Below, piece after piece: positions 25,109 through 37,600 of a stretch of 64,000 nt of DNA (within the stretch, counting starts at the first letter, position 1; every line of letters begins with the position of its first letter). This DNA comes from Squalus acanthias (taxonomy: Eukaryota), in the NCBI GenBank assembly GCA_030390025.1, contig CM059449.1, positions 2,418,001 through 2,482,000 of the forward strand, given 5' to 3'. Under the pieces are notes generated by a model that worked only from the letters and a program-made list of their open reading frames with translations, made no database searches and was not told where the DNA came from. Made by a program: the position numbers and the translations under genes.

Positions 25109-25665
25109 CTACAAAGATACTTTGTCACCTCTAATGATTTGGAGAGGACAGATTTTCAGTGGTTCTGAGTTTTTGCCTCCTTGGTTCAATCCAGGACTGA
25201 ACAAAGGATACAGATCCCCACTGATAACAGTGCCTGTGTGGAGAAGAGACTGACTTTCAGGATTGTAAAATGAGAGTGTTTTTTCCTCACAGTCCAGGTA
25301 AACTCCAATCTTCTCTGGGATCTGTCTCGGGCTCAGACTGCGGAGGATTACACTTGAGCTGACAGCTTTGTACTCCTTCTCATCTTTCCGCAGCACAGCC
25401 CAGTACTCACTGTTGGGGGAAGCGGTAGTTGTGTTGTTCTCATCGACGGACTTCGTGGCAATGCCTATATCCCAGGCAGTCTTCACCCCCACCTCCACCT
25501 CCCAGTAATGTTTGCCTGATGCAAATCTGTCAGAACCCAGAACGCGTGGATAATGCTCAAACTTTTCCTCGGTGTCATGAGGCGTCTCTCGGTGGGTCAC
25601 GCTCCTCTTGTCCTCGGACACGTTTAACTCAGTGGGCGCTGTGCTCGAATCCATGGTTACTTTAG
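25109..25665 (-). CDS. Gene B B30.2/PRYSPRY terminal exon
   Basis: [10 protein letters not shown]...VSEDKRSV...[16 protein letters not shown]...IGVYLD...LYPLFSPG; acceptor tcatttag. Confidence 0.92.
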
Positions 25666-28600
25666 CTAAATGAAAGATTACATTTTATTGGCAGATTGAT
25701 TCCATGAGGTGAATTCTCACTTACCGCCGCGCGGAGAAGAGGCCGTAGCGGATTGACCGCTGGTTTTACACATTTCAAAAAGTTACAGCCTCTTCAATCT
25801 TCTTCCTTTCCAACCCCCCCACCCCCCCGCAGTGACACTCCCCTTGTGCCGGGGTCGGTCACCTGGCTGCTCAGCGGCCGGCTCCTGCTGCCCGAATTTA
25901 ATGGCTGGGCAGCCGTTTCTTGCCAACATCCTGTCTCTTTTGGTCGGGAGTTCGACAAGGGGCCTGCTCAGGAGACACGGCCATTAAAATCGGCCGAGCC
26001 TGCGTGCTGCCACACGGGCACACCGCTCACTTTGCCAGGAGTGAAATTCCCCCCCAATCTGCAGCAACATCCAAATCAAATGGAAGATTGCCGATGTGCA
26101 ACATTTCTTGTGAAATGGTAAACCCATTCTTTTCACACATCACAAATACTGCACAGAGGAAATTCTCATTTGTTCATGGTGTCGCAAAACAATATGACTG
26201 AATATCTTCACTAATAATGGCCGATTGTATTCAGACTGATTAAAATACTAATATCCAACTTCACAGCGTGCCCAATCTTTAAACATCTTCATCTCGCACT
26301 GTGCACAGCCCCTTCCCTCCCTATTTCCCACTCACCTCAGCAAGCTCTAAGCAGCCAGTTACACTGCAGGTGTGGAGTGTGAGATGGACTGACAGACACA
26401 AGTGAAGCTGTTAGATTCCACTTGATGTGAGACCACCTGTTCACAGGGTCTGCGTTTCTTGTGTCTTGGCATTCCAGTTACAATAGGCAGTTTGCTTCTG
26501 TGTAAAACTGAATCTACTATGTGGAGATACAAACTGCGTAGTCTAGCTTTCTGTCGATGGCTACTTAACCTGATCTCTGGCAAACAATGAAACCATCTCC
26601 AACTATACTGGTTCTTTGGGAGATACTGGGCGAGAGATTCAACCTACTGCCCGGTGTAAAACTGGAATTGGGGACCAGCTGCCAATCCTGGAATCTGCCC
26701 AACTTCCATTAAAATCACTGGAAATGAAATCATGCGGTTTCTATAATTCATAACAAGATAGATGAGTTGACGGCACAAATGGATACAAAAAGCTATGATA
26801 TGATCGCCATTACAGAGACGTGGTTGCAAGCTGATCAGGGCTGGGAACTGAATATTCCAGGGTATTTGACGGAAGGATAGACAGAAAGGAAAGGGAGGTG
26901 GGGTGGCTTTGTTGGTAAAGGATGGGATCAGTGCAGTGGTGAGAAGTGATATTGGCTCAGAAGATCCAGATGTACAATCGGTTTAGGTAGAGATAAAAAA
27001 TAATAAAGGGAAAAGGTCTCTGGTGGGCGTGGTCTACAGGTCCCCGAACAGTAGCAATACTGTTGGACAGTATAAATCAACAAATAATGGAGGCCTGTAA
27101 AAAAGGTACGGTAATAATCATGGGTGATTTTAATCTCCATATTGATTGGACAAATCAAATTAGCCACGGTAGCCTTGAGGAGGAGTTCATCCGGGATGGT
27201 TTCCTAGAACAGTATGTAATGGAACCAACCAGGGAGCAGGCTATCTTGGATCTGGTACTATGTAATGAGACAGAATTAATAAATGATCTCATAGTAAAGG
27301 ATCCTCTAGGAAAGAGTGATCATAGCATAGTTGAATTTCAAATTCAGTTGGAGGGTGAGAAAGTTGTATCTCAAAGTAGTGTCCTGATCTTAAACAAAGG
27401 CAATTACAGTGGCATGAGGGCAGAACTGGCTAAAATGGACTGGAAAAATAAATTAAAGGGTAAGACAGTTGAAATGCAGTGGCGGACATTTAAGCTGATA
27501 TTTTATAACTCTCAACAAAAATATATTCCAGTGAGAAAGAAAGATTTTAAGAGAAGGGAGCACCATCCGTGGCTAGCTAAGGAAGTAAAAGGATAGTATG
27601 AAATTGAAAATGAAGGCATACAATGTTGCCAAGATTGGTGGGAGACCAGAGGATTGGGAAATCTTTAAATACCAGCAAAGGATGACTAAAAAAATAATGG
27701 AGAGATGAATTATGAGAGTAAACTGGCAAGAAACATTAAAACATAGTAAGAGCTTCTACAGGTATATAAAAAGGAAGAGGGTAGCTAAAGTAAACGTTAG
27801 TCCCTTAGAGGATGAGACTGGGGAATTAATAATGGGGAACAGGGAAATGGCAGAGACTCTGAACAAATATTTTGTATCTGTCTTCACGGTAGAAGACACT
27901 AACAACATCCCAATAATGGATAATCAAGGGGCCACAGGGAGGAGGGAACTAAAGGCAATCACTATCAATAAGGAAATAGTACTCGGTAAAATAATGGGAC
28001 AAAAAGATGACAAGTCCCCTATTTACAATCTACATTAATGACTTGGATGAAGGGACCGAGTATAATGTAGCCAAGTTTGCGGATGATACAAAGATGGGTG
28101 GGAAAGCAAGTTGTGCAGAGGACTCAAAGAACCTGCAAAGGGATATAGACAGGCTAAGTGAGTAGGCAAACAGTTGGCAGATGGAGTATCATGTGGAAAA
28201 GCGCGAGGTTATACACTTTGGCAAAAAAAATAAAAAAGCAAATTATTTAAATGGAGAGGGATTACAAAATGCTACTGTTCAGTGGGACCTGGAGGTCCTT
28301 GTGCATGAAACACAAAAAGTTAGCATGCAGGTACAGCAAGTAATCAAAAAGGCAAATGGAATGTTGGCCTTTATTTCAATGGGGTTGGAGTATCAAAGCA
28401 GGGAAGTTCTGCTACAACTGTACAGAGTATTGGTGAGACTACACCTTGAGTACTGCGTACAGTTTTGGTCTCTTTATTTAAAGGATATACTTGCATTGGA
28501 GGCAGTTCAGAGACGATTCACTAGGTTAATTCCAGAGATGAGGGGTTTGCCTCATGAGGAAAGGTTGAGCAGGTTGGGCCTATACTCATTGGAATTTAGA

Positions 28601-31600
28601 AGAATGAGAGGTGATCTTATTGAAACATATAAGATACTGAGGGGGCACGACAAGGTAGATGCAGAAAGGATGTTTACCCTCGTGGGGAAATCTAGAACGC
28701 GGGGGCACAGTTTTAGAATAAAGGGTCGCCCTTTTAGAACTGAGATGAGGAGGAATTTCTTCTCAGAGGGTCGTAAATCTGTGGAATTCTCTGCCCCAGA
28801 GAGCTGTGCAAGCTGGGTCATTAAATACATTTAAGGTAGAGATAGACAAATTTTTGCAAGGTAAGGGAGTGAAGGGTTATGGGGAGCGGGCGGGGAAGTG
28901 GCTTTGAGCCCAAGATCAGCCATGATCTTATTGAATGGCGGAGCAGGCTCGAGGGGCCAAGTGGCCTATTCCTGCTCCTATTTCTTATGGGAGGAAAATC
29001 TACAATACCAGTTTATGCACAGGTGGCAAACTGAACAACTGCCCTGTTCCTGGGGCTATTGGATCGCTCGGGCACAGTAAGTTCATGAAAATTGGCTTTT
29101 TTCCCTTTGTGAAGCACCTTGGGATGTTTTTCTATGTTCAGAGAGTTAATAAATGGAAGAACTGGTTACATCTACAAGATGCACTGCAGCACCTCGCCAA
29201 GGCTGCTTTATCAGCACCTCCCAAACCCACGAGCTCATCCACCTAGAAGGACAAGGGCAGCAGGCGCATAGGAACACCACCACCTCCAAGTTCCCCTCCA
29301 AGTCACACACCATCCTGACTTGGAAATATATCGCCGATCCTTCATCATCGTTGGGTCAAAATCCTGGAACTCCCTACCTAACAGCACTGTGGGAGTACCT
29401 TCACCACACGGACTGCAGTGGTTCAAGGCGGTGGCTCACCACCACCTTCTCAAGGACAATTAGTGATGGGCAATAAATGCTGGCCTTGCCAGCGATGCCC
29501 ACATCCAATAAACAGATTTTTAAAAATGAAGTAGACCAGCTCCTGACGAGAATTTCCCTGCTTCCACAATGAAGGAGTGGAATGAACAAATACACGGGGA
29601 AGATAATAATGAAAAACAGCGTCAATTTTGAAGCTCGATCAGCAAGAAAATTCCTAATATAGAAACACAGAAACCCCAGTAGAAAAAGGAGAACAGAAAA
29701 AAGCTGATGGTGATTTTATCACGTGGTGATGTATGTTTGGCCCGAGCACAATAGAAGTGTGAGTAACTGGATCAGAGTTGTGGCGATAATTTGCTCCTCA
29801 CCATATGGAGCAAGATCAACATGGGAGCTGGGGTAGATTTACTCTGGGTGATGTTTCTTGGGAAATGGTGAATGTTCTCAGGACATTTACAATTCTGTTA
29901 CAAATACTGAGCAGAGGAAATTTTTTCCACAATTCTTCACTGCTTGCTTCACATTGTGCCTGGGAGATAATGTCCCCAATAGGGACTGTTCATAGAATCA
30001 GACTTAATAAATGTTCATATCCAACTTCACCAAGGGCCCAATCATGAAACTTTCCCATCTCTCACGATACACGGCACCTTCCCTGCCTGTTTACCTCCTC
30101 ACCTCAGCAAAGTCTAATGGGCAAGTTATACTGCAGGGTGAGAGGGACTGTCAGACACGCGCTACACTGCAGGGATCTACATCACACTCGCTCAACAAAT
30201 GCAGTTACATTTTCACACCAGAAGCGAGTGGAAACAACAGTTTAAACTTAATTTTTTAATCTTTTAAAATTCTCAGTAGTCTTAACAAATCCTGTGATAA
30301 CTCTTCAAACTTCACTTCACACTGGACTATCTTTGCCCACTGAGGGGGAGGCCAGCTCCTCATCGCACTTGTGCTTCACGTGACTTTGAACACGATTAAT
30401 AGTTCACTGTTTGCTTCCATACCAGTGTTGGCCAATACATTAACCACTGGCCACATGCGGCTAATTGGGAATCTAAATGTGGCTAATTGCATATATGATC
30501 AGTAAATAAAAATAGGTAAGGGACACCATCGTTGGGCATGATCTTAATACTCATTTGCATAGCGTATGCATGTGTACTTCATCCTTTGTGCAGTTGTTGC
30601 TAAAATGGTAAGGGAGTGTGCGAGTGTTTTCTTTCATTGACTGTTTTACCTCCTTTTGTTATTGAATGGTGGTAGGTGTTTGTTACTAAATATCCTTGTG
30701 ATGTACATTTACCCGTATTGTGAGTGTATGTAGGGCATTTTCTACTAGAATTAGTCCATGTGACTAAAGCGGTGTCACCATTGCCACACCTAGCGGCCAG
30801 TCAGCGATTTCTATAGGACAACACTATTCTATACAAAGCAGTACTAACGAACCATACAGTATAACTTTCCGTCTGTGGCTACTTCACCTGATCTCTGGAA
30901 AACTACAGCCTTCAAGCATAATGGTTCCTGAGGAAACAGCACACACACACCACCCCTGAATTTCCTGGAGCCCCCCTCTACCACCAAGTGTAGTGGGTGG
31001 GACTTCCAGCTGCTCGTCTAGCTCGGGCTTAACCCCATTCCAAATCCTCAGGACAGGCTCAGTTACACAAAGGGGGATGGGAGCCTGCACCATTTACAGC
31101 TCTACCCCAGGTGCCTGCCCATGGAAGGCGAGTAATTGCACTTGATCACTCAGTCTGTCCGCCTGCAGTAAAGGGGGAACTGGCAGGATTCCTGTGGAGG
31201 CAAGTCATCCTGCCAACCTCACCTCTTCCAATGACATCACCGCAAAGGAGGAACTTCTTTCATCAGCCCTTTCTTGTAGGAATTTAACAAGGTGGGAAAA
31301 GGGGCGGAGTCCCCAAGGAACCAGGATCTGCCCCAGTTCTGCACCTCTTCCACCCGATTTGTACTTTTATTCCACCCTCAGAAAGTCAAAGAATTTCCGA
31401 GCCATCTTCTCCTTCAAGTGACTCTTCCACATGAATAGGGAGACATTTTCCCATTGCTGTGCCTGCGACTATCGGATTACATGGGTGCAGAAGAGATTTA
31501 CTAGAATGGTTTCAGGGATGATGAATTACAGTTACGTGGAGAGAATGGAGAACTGGTGGTGTTCTCTTTAGAGCAGAGAAGGCGAAGAGGAGATTTGATA

Positions 31601-34600
31601 GAGGTGTTTAAAATCATGAAGTGTTTAGAGTAAATAAAGAGAAACTTTCCAATGGCTGAAGGGTCGCTAACCAGAAGGCACAGATTTAAGGTGATTGGCA
31701 AAGGAACCAGAGGCAACATGAGGAAAAACTTTTTCATGCAACGAGTGGTTTGTATTTGGAGTGCACTGCCTGATAGGGTGGTGGATACAGATTCAATAGT
31801 AGCCTTCAAAAGGGAATTGGATAAAAATTTGAAGGGGAAGAAACTGCAGGGATATGGGAAAAGAGCGGGGATTGGGATTAACTGGATTGCTCTTCGAAAG
31901 AGCTGGCGCAGACTCGATGGGCCGAGTGGCCTCCTTCTGTGTTGTACTATTCTGTGATTCCACGATAGTTTCCTGGGTTACCCCTTTCCCCTTTCTTGTA
32001 CTTACAAACAAATCCTTTATAATCCACACTTTATCTTCACTGGTGGAATAATGTTTAACCCACTTTCAGAGCTGCCTTTCCTCTCCACACATCACTGTTT
32101 TGTAACACAAGTCCGTTTCTTTCAGAGGTGCTGTTCACGCATTAGTCAATAAAGATAACTGGCAGTTTCTGAACATTAACATCACACTGGTTAGTGATCA
32201 AAAGATTAATGAGTGGATTTCTTACCTGCAGAGTTTGTAATCCTTTTCCATTCTAGAAATGTAAAATCAAATGGTTATTTTCTGATCTGTTATAAACACC
32301 ACGGTCAATCATATTAATTGCACAGTTTTGGGTCATCAGTTCATTAGAATGAGAAATCTGTAAACCACTACTTACTGATGCTCTGACTGTTGACTTAATA
32401 TCCTTTTTAAATTTACATCTTGTATTTAGAGATCAAGGGCAGAATGTGTCACTTTTGACAAGAACTCAATCTTATTACAATTTTTAACTTAACTGTCGTC
32501 AATGTGAACAGGATAAACTGTGCAGAGAAATAATCTTGCAACAGGAGTAAAACAGGAAACTGGGGGGTGGGGTGTCTGAAGCACAAGCACTATTGGCAAA
32601 AGAGATGGTGAGGAAGTGGTAACAGGAAGTTACTGTTGCAAGAGCTAATTATATGTAGAGAGATAATAGGGTGGAGACGATTAAAAATGAACAAAACAAC
32701 AGAATATGTTTGGCAAATTGAAATGTGCATAATGGGGTTGCACAGAATGAAGAGAAGTGTAAACATTTATCACAATCACTAGAGTCAATGATTAATTAAA
32801 TAACATGCCTAATTCCTTATTGAAATGTCCTTTCCCCAGCTGAAATGTAAAAATGTCTAACTATGTAAAAAATCTTACCTGATATTTTAATTTGTGTCTT
32901 CAGCCCTACAAAAAAGACAGAATTTAGAATTACATGTCAAGTGAATAATATTTACTGGCAGTATTTGTTTACCAATATGGTATATTCTTCTGTGTGGAGA
33001 CTGGAGTCTCTCCATTTCTTGGTCCCTCGATTAATATTATCTGATACAGTCAAAGTTTGTGCAGTTCATATATTTTATGAGTGGTGTAAAGTGTATTTTC
33101 AGGCATGGATACTGGCCATATGCTTTATCAAGTGATGGGTGATGTATTCAAAGAGAAAAGGACAATGCATTTTATCAGAGAATTTTCTTGGTTCCGTTAC
33201 TGCATTAAAAAAAAATTGAGAAACCTGTGTGATGGATCAAAGCGCAATAGTGTGGGACACCAGGAAGGCAGAAACAGTAGAAGAAAATCAGGAAAAAATG
33301 CTTAAGGGACACCATGCTGGGGTTTTCAATCCTGGGAGATTCTGGTTAAAAAAAAGTATTACAGAAGTGAGGAGGTCCTGGGGAAAAATGAGATAATGAG
33401 ACCGTGCAATGAGTCTTGATTTACAAAGATGCAGGACGAGAAGGAATGGAGGAGACATGGGAGTTTCACCAGAGTTCAGTGAGACCAAGATATCAACAGA
33501 TGAAGAAGGACCAGGGGTGGAACCATCGAAGGTAATAGGCAGTCACTTACACTGGACATGAAGAATTGAAAGAAATGGGAATTTATTAATGAAAGCTGGT
33601 CGTGAAGCAGTGATCCAGCCATTGCACTGAGAGGAACAGAGGTGTGTGCGCTAAGGATATATGATGCAAGAGAAGTTGATCAATGTAGAGTGAAATAATC
33701 GGTAAGGAATGGATATGGTTGGATGATGTTTGGAGGAGTCATTGACGAGGAGAAGAGAGAGTGAGAGAGGGACTGGAGCCTTGAGGCACCCCTGAGTTAC
33801 TGGAGAGAGTCAAAGGTGAGTCTTCAACCACAGCATAGGTAGAGGAATTTGAGGGGAAACTACACAAGTGTTAACATAGGTGATGGGAGACCACATACTG
33901 CTGGTTTGTCCAGAAGTGCCTGGTGTTGGAACTGGTGAATGGTTTTGGAGATGTCTATAGTTTTGGAGATGTCTGCGGCAATAACAAATGAATCGTCAAA
34001 GCATTCAGGAACAGGAATGCAGAGGTGTTTAACAAGACTAGGTCATAAATAGAAGAATCATTCCAAAAACCACAGCGCAATCACAGATCAGACCAGGACT
34101 TACAAGGAGATCAAGGATTGAAGAGTTAATGGCAGCTTCTATAACTTTAGAAAGCTCTGATGCGAGGACAATATGTTGGTAGTTGTAAAATGGATATGGT
34201 AGCCTGGTGGTTATGGTACTGGACGAGCAACCCAGAGATCAGACTTCAAATCCCAGACGGCAAATTGTGAAATTAGGGAATTTGTGGGCTGGCACCAGAA
34301 AAAGGACCATGAGATCTGTTACACTGTTGTAAAAGTCTAACTGCTTCACTGATGTCCTTCAGCAAAGGGAAAGCTGCTGTTGTTACCGTACATGTGACTC
34401 CAGTCCCACACTATGTGGTTGGCTCTCAATACCTTCAGGGCAACTAAGGATGGGCTCACACCAATGAGAGAACAGTGCTCAGAACAGCCCTGTTCAAAGC
34501 TCCAGGACCACAAAGTTCAAACAGGTCAAAGCAGAAAATTACACAAGGACAAATGAGAATGACTTGTCTGAACATGGTGCGCTGAATTAGCAGGGCTGGG

Positions 34601-37600
34601 GGTGTGGGGCATAGGCTGGAATTTGGTCCCCTAAAAATCTCGAGTCTAATATTAACTGCTGTTCCCATCGTTACACCCCTTACAGACTGAGATTACATTT
34701 TTAAAATTGTACACACAGTTTGATACATTATATCCTCATCAGTAAATCCTAGCACACTCTGTATTAAATCTCAACTATTTATATTGCACCATAAAGAACT
34801 TGGATGTTCAATGTCGAGCAGTTACATGTTCTTACCTTGCAACAACTTCCTCTTCTTCAAGAACAAAATGATAATTGCCACAATGGTGATCAAGGTAATG
34901 AGAAAGATGATGATGAATGCAATTTGCCAGCCCGACAAACTTAGTTCCTTGGGGAACAGTTCACCTGCAAATTAACGCACCGCTGTGTGTAAATATCAAG
35001 GCAACACAGAAAATGTAAGACAGTTGCATTCGGGTTTGTTGCCTACTATTTAACAGGAGATAAGGTAACATTTAAGGTTCATTGACTCATTTTTAGATTG
35101 TACTTGCAGTTTGATACATTATATCCACATCAGTAAATCCTAGCACACTCTGTATTAAATCTCAACTATTTATATTGTACCATAAAGAACTTGGATGTTC
35201 AATGCCGAGGTACCAACGACATAGGTAGGACAAAGAAAGAGGTTCTGCTGAGGGAGTATGAGCAGCTAGGGGCTAAATTGAAAAGGTAATAATCTCTGGA
35301 TTACTACCTAAGCCATGTGCATATTGGTATAGAGTAAATAAGATCAGAGAGCTGAACGAGTGGCTCAAAGATTGGTGTGGGAGAAATGGGTTTTGATTCT
35401 TAGGGCACTGGCACCAGTACTGGAGTAGGATGGAGTTGTTCCGTCGGGACAGGCTTCACTTGAACCAGGTTGGGACCAGTGTCCTGGTGAATTGAATAAC
35501 TAGGGCTGTAGATAAGCTAAATCTAAAGTGGGGGGTTGGGGGGAGGGATCCGCTGAGCGGAAATTAAAAAAGTCAAAGAAAAATGAGAAGGCTAAAGTGC
35601 AGGGTTGCGATAGGGGTAATGATAAACAGAGTGTGACAGGAAGGGACAGAGCAAATACACAAGAGTGCATCAGAAAGAGGGGTCAGAGTAGGGAAAAATG
35701 GTAAAAAGACAAAATTAAAAGCTCTATATCTGAACGCACGCAGCATTCATAACAAGATAGATGAGCTGACAGCACAAATAGAAATAAATGGGTATGATCT
35801 GATAGCCATTACAGAGATGTGGTTGCAAGGTGAACAAGGCTGGGAACTGAATATTCAGGGGTATTTACCATTTCGTAAGATAGGCAGAAAGGAAAAGGAG
35901 GTGGTGTAGCTCTGCTAATCAGTAGTGAGAAATGATATTGGCTTAGAAGATCAAGACGTAGAATCAGTTTGGGTGGAGATAAGAAATAATAAGGGTAAGA
36001 AGTCACTGGTGCGAGTGGTCTACAGGCCCCCAAACAGTAGCTACACTGTAGGGCAGAGTATAAATCAAGAAATAATAGAGGCTTGTAAGAAAGATACGGC
36101 TATAATCATGGGAAATTTTAATCTTCATCTTGATTGGACAAAGCAAATTGGCAACGGTAGACTTGAGGAAGAGTTCTTAGAGTGTATGCAGGATGGATTC
36201 TTGGAACAATATGTTGTGCAACCAACCAGGGAGCAGACTATTTTAGATCTGGTAATGTGTAACGAGGCTGGATTAATTAATGATCTCGAAGTGAATGATC
36301 CTCTTGGGAAGAGTGATCATAGCATGGTAGAATTTCAAATTCAGTTTGAGGATGAGAAAGCTAGGTCTCAAACTAGTGTCCTGAACTTAAATAAAGGTAA
36401 TTACAAAGGTATGAAGGCAGACTTGGTTAAAGTGGACTGGGAAAATAAATTATAGGGTAAGACTGTAGAAAAGCATTGACAAATATTTAAGGAGATATTT
36501 CATAACTCTGAGCAAAGATATATTCCAGTGAGAAAGAAAGACTCTAAGAGAAGGATGAACCATCCGTGGCTAACTAAGGAAGTATAGGATGGTATCAAAT
36601 CGAAAACAAAGGCATACAATGTTGTGAAGAATAGTGGAAGGCCAGAGGATTGGGAAATTTTTAAAAACCAGTAAAGGACGACTAAAAAAATGATAGAGAA
36701 GATAGCTTATGAGAATAAGCTAGCAAGAAATATAAAAACAGACAGAAAGAGCTTCTGCAGGTATATAAAAAGAGAGTCTGGGGAATTAATAATGGGAAAC
36801 AGGGAAATGGCAGAGACTTTGAACAAATATTTTGTATCGTTCTTCACGGTAGAAGACACTAAAAGTATCCCAATAATGGATAATCAAGGGGCTGGTGGGG
36901 TGGTAAACTTAAAACAATCACTATCACGAGAGAAAAAGTACGAGGCAAACTAATGGGACTAAAGGTGAACAAGTCTCCTGGGCCCAATGGCCTGCATCCT
37001 AGAGTCTTAAAAGAGGTGGCTGCAGAGATAGTGGATGCATTGGTTCTAATCTACCAAAATTCCCTCGATTCTGGAGAGGTCCCAGCGGACTGGAAAACCG
37101 CAAATGTAACGCCCCTATTTAAGAAAGGAGGGAGACAGAAAGCAGGCAATTATAGGTCAGTTAGCCTAACATCTGTCATTGGGAAAATGCTGGAGTCCAT
37201 CATTAAGGAAGTGGTAGCAGGACATTTCGAAAATCATAATATAGTCAAGCAGAGTCAGCATGGTTTTATGAAAGGGAAATCATGTTTGACAAATTTGCTG
37301 GAGTTCTTTGAGGATGTAATGAGCAGGGCGGATAAAGGGGAACCAGTAGATGTCGTGTATTTGGATTTCCAGAAGGCATTCGATAAGGTGCCACATAAAA
37401 GGTTATTGCACAAGATAAGAGCTCATGGGGTTGGGGTAATATATTAGCATGGATAGAGGATTGGCTAACTAACAGAAAGTCGGGATAAATGGGTCATTTT
37501 CAGGTTGGCAAACTAACTAGTGGGGTGCCGCAGGGATCAGTGCTGGGGCCTCAACTATTTACAATCTATATTAATGACTTGGATAAAGGGACCGAATGTA

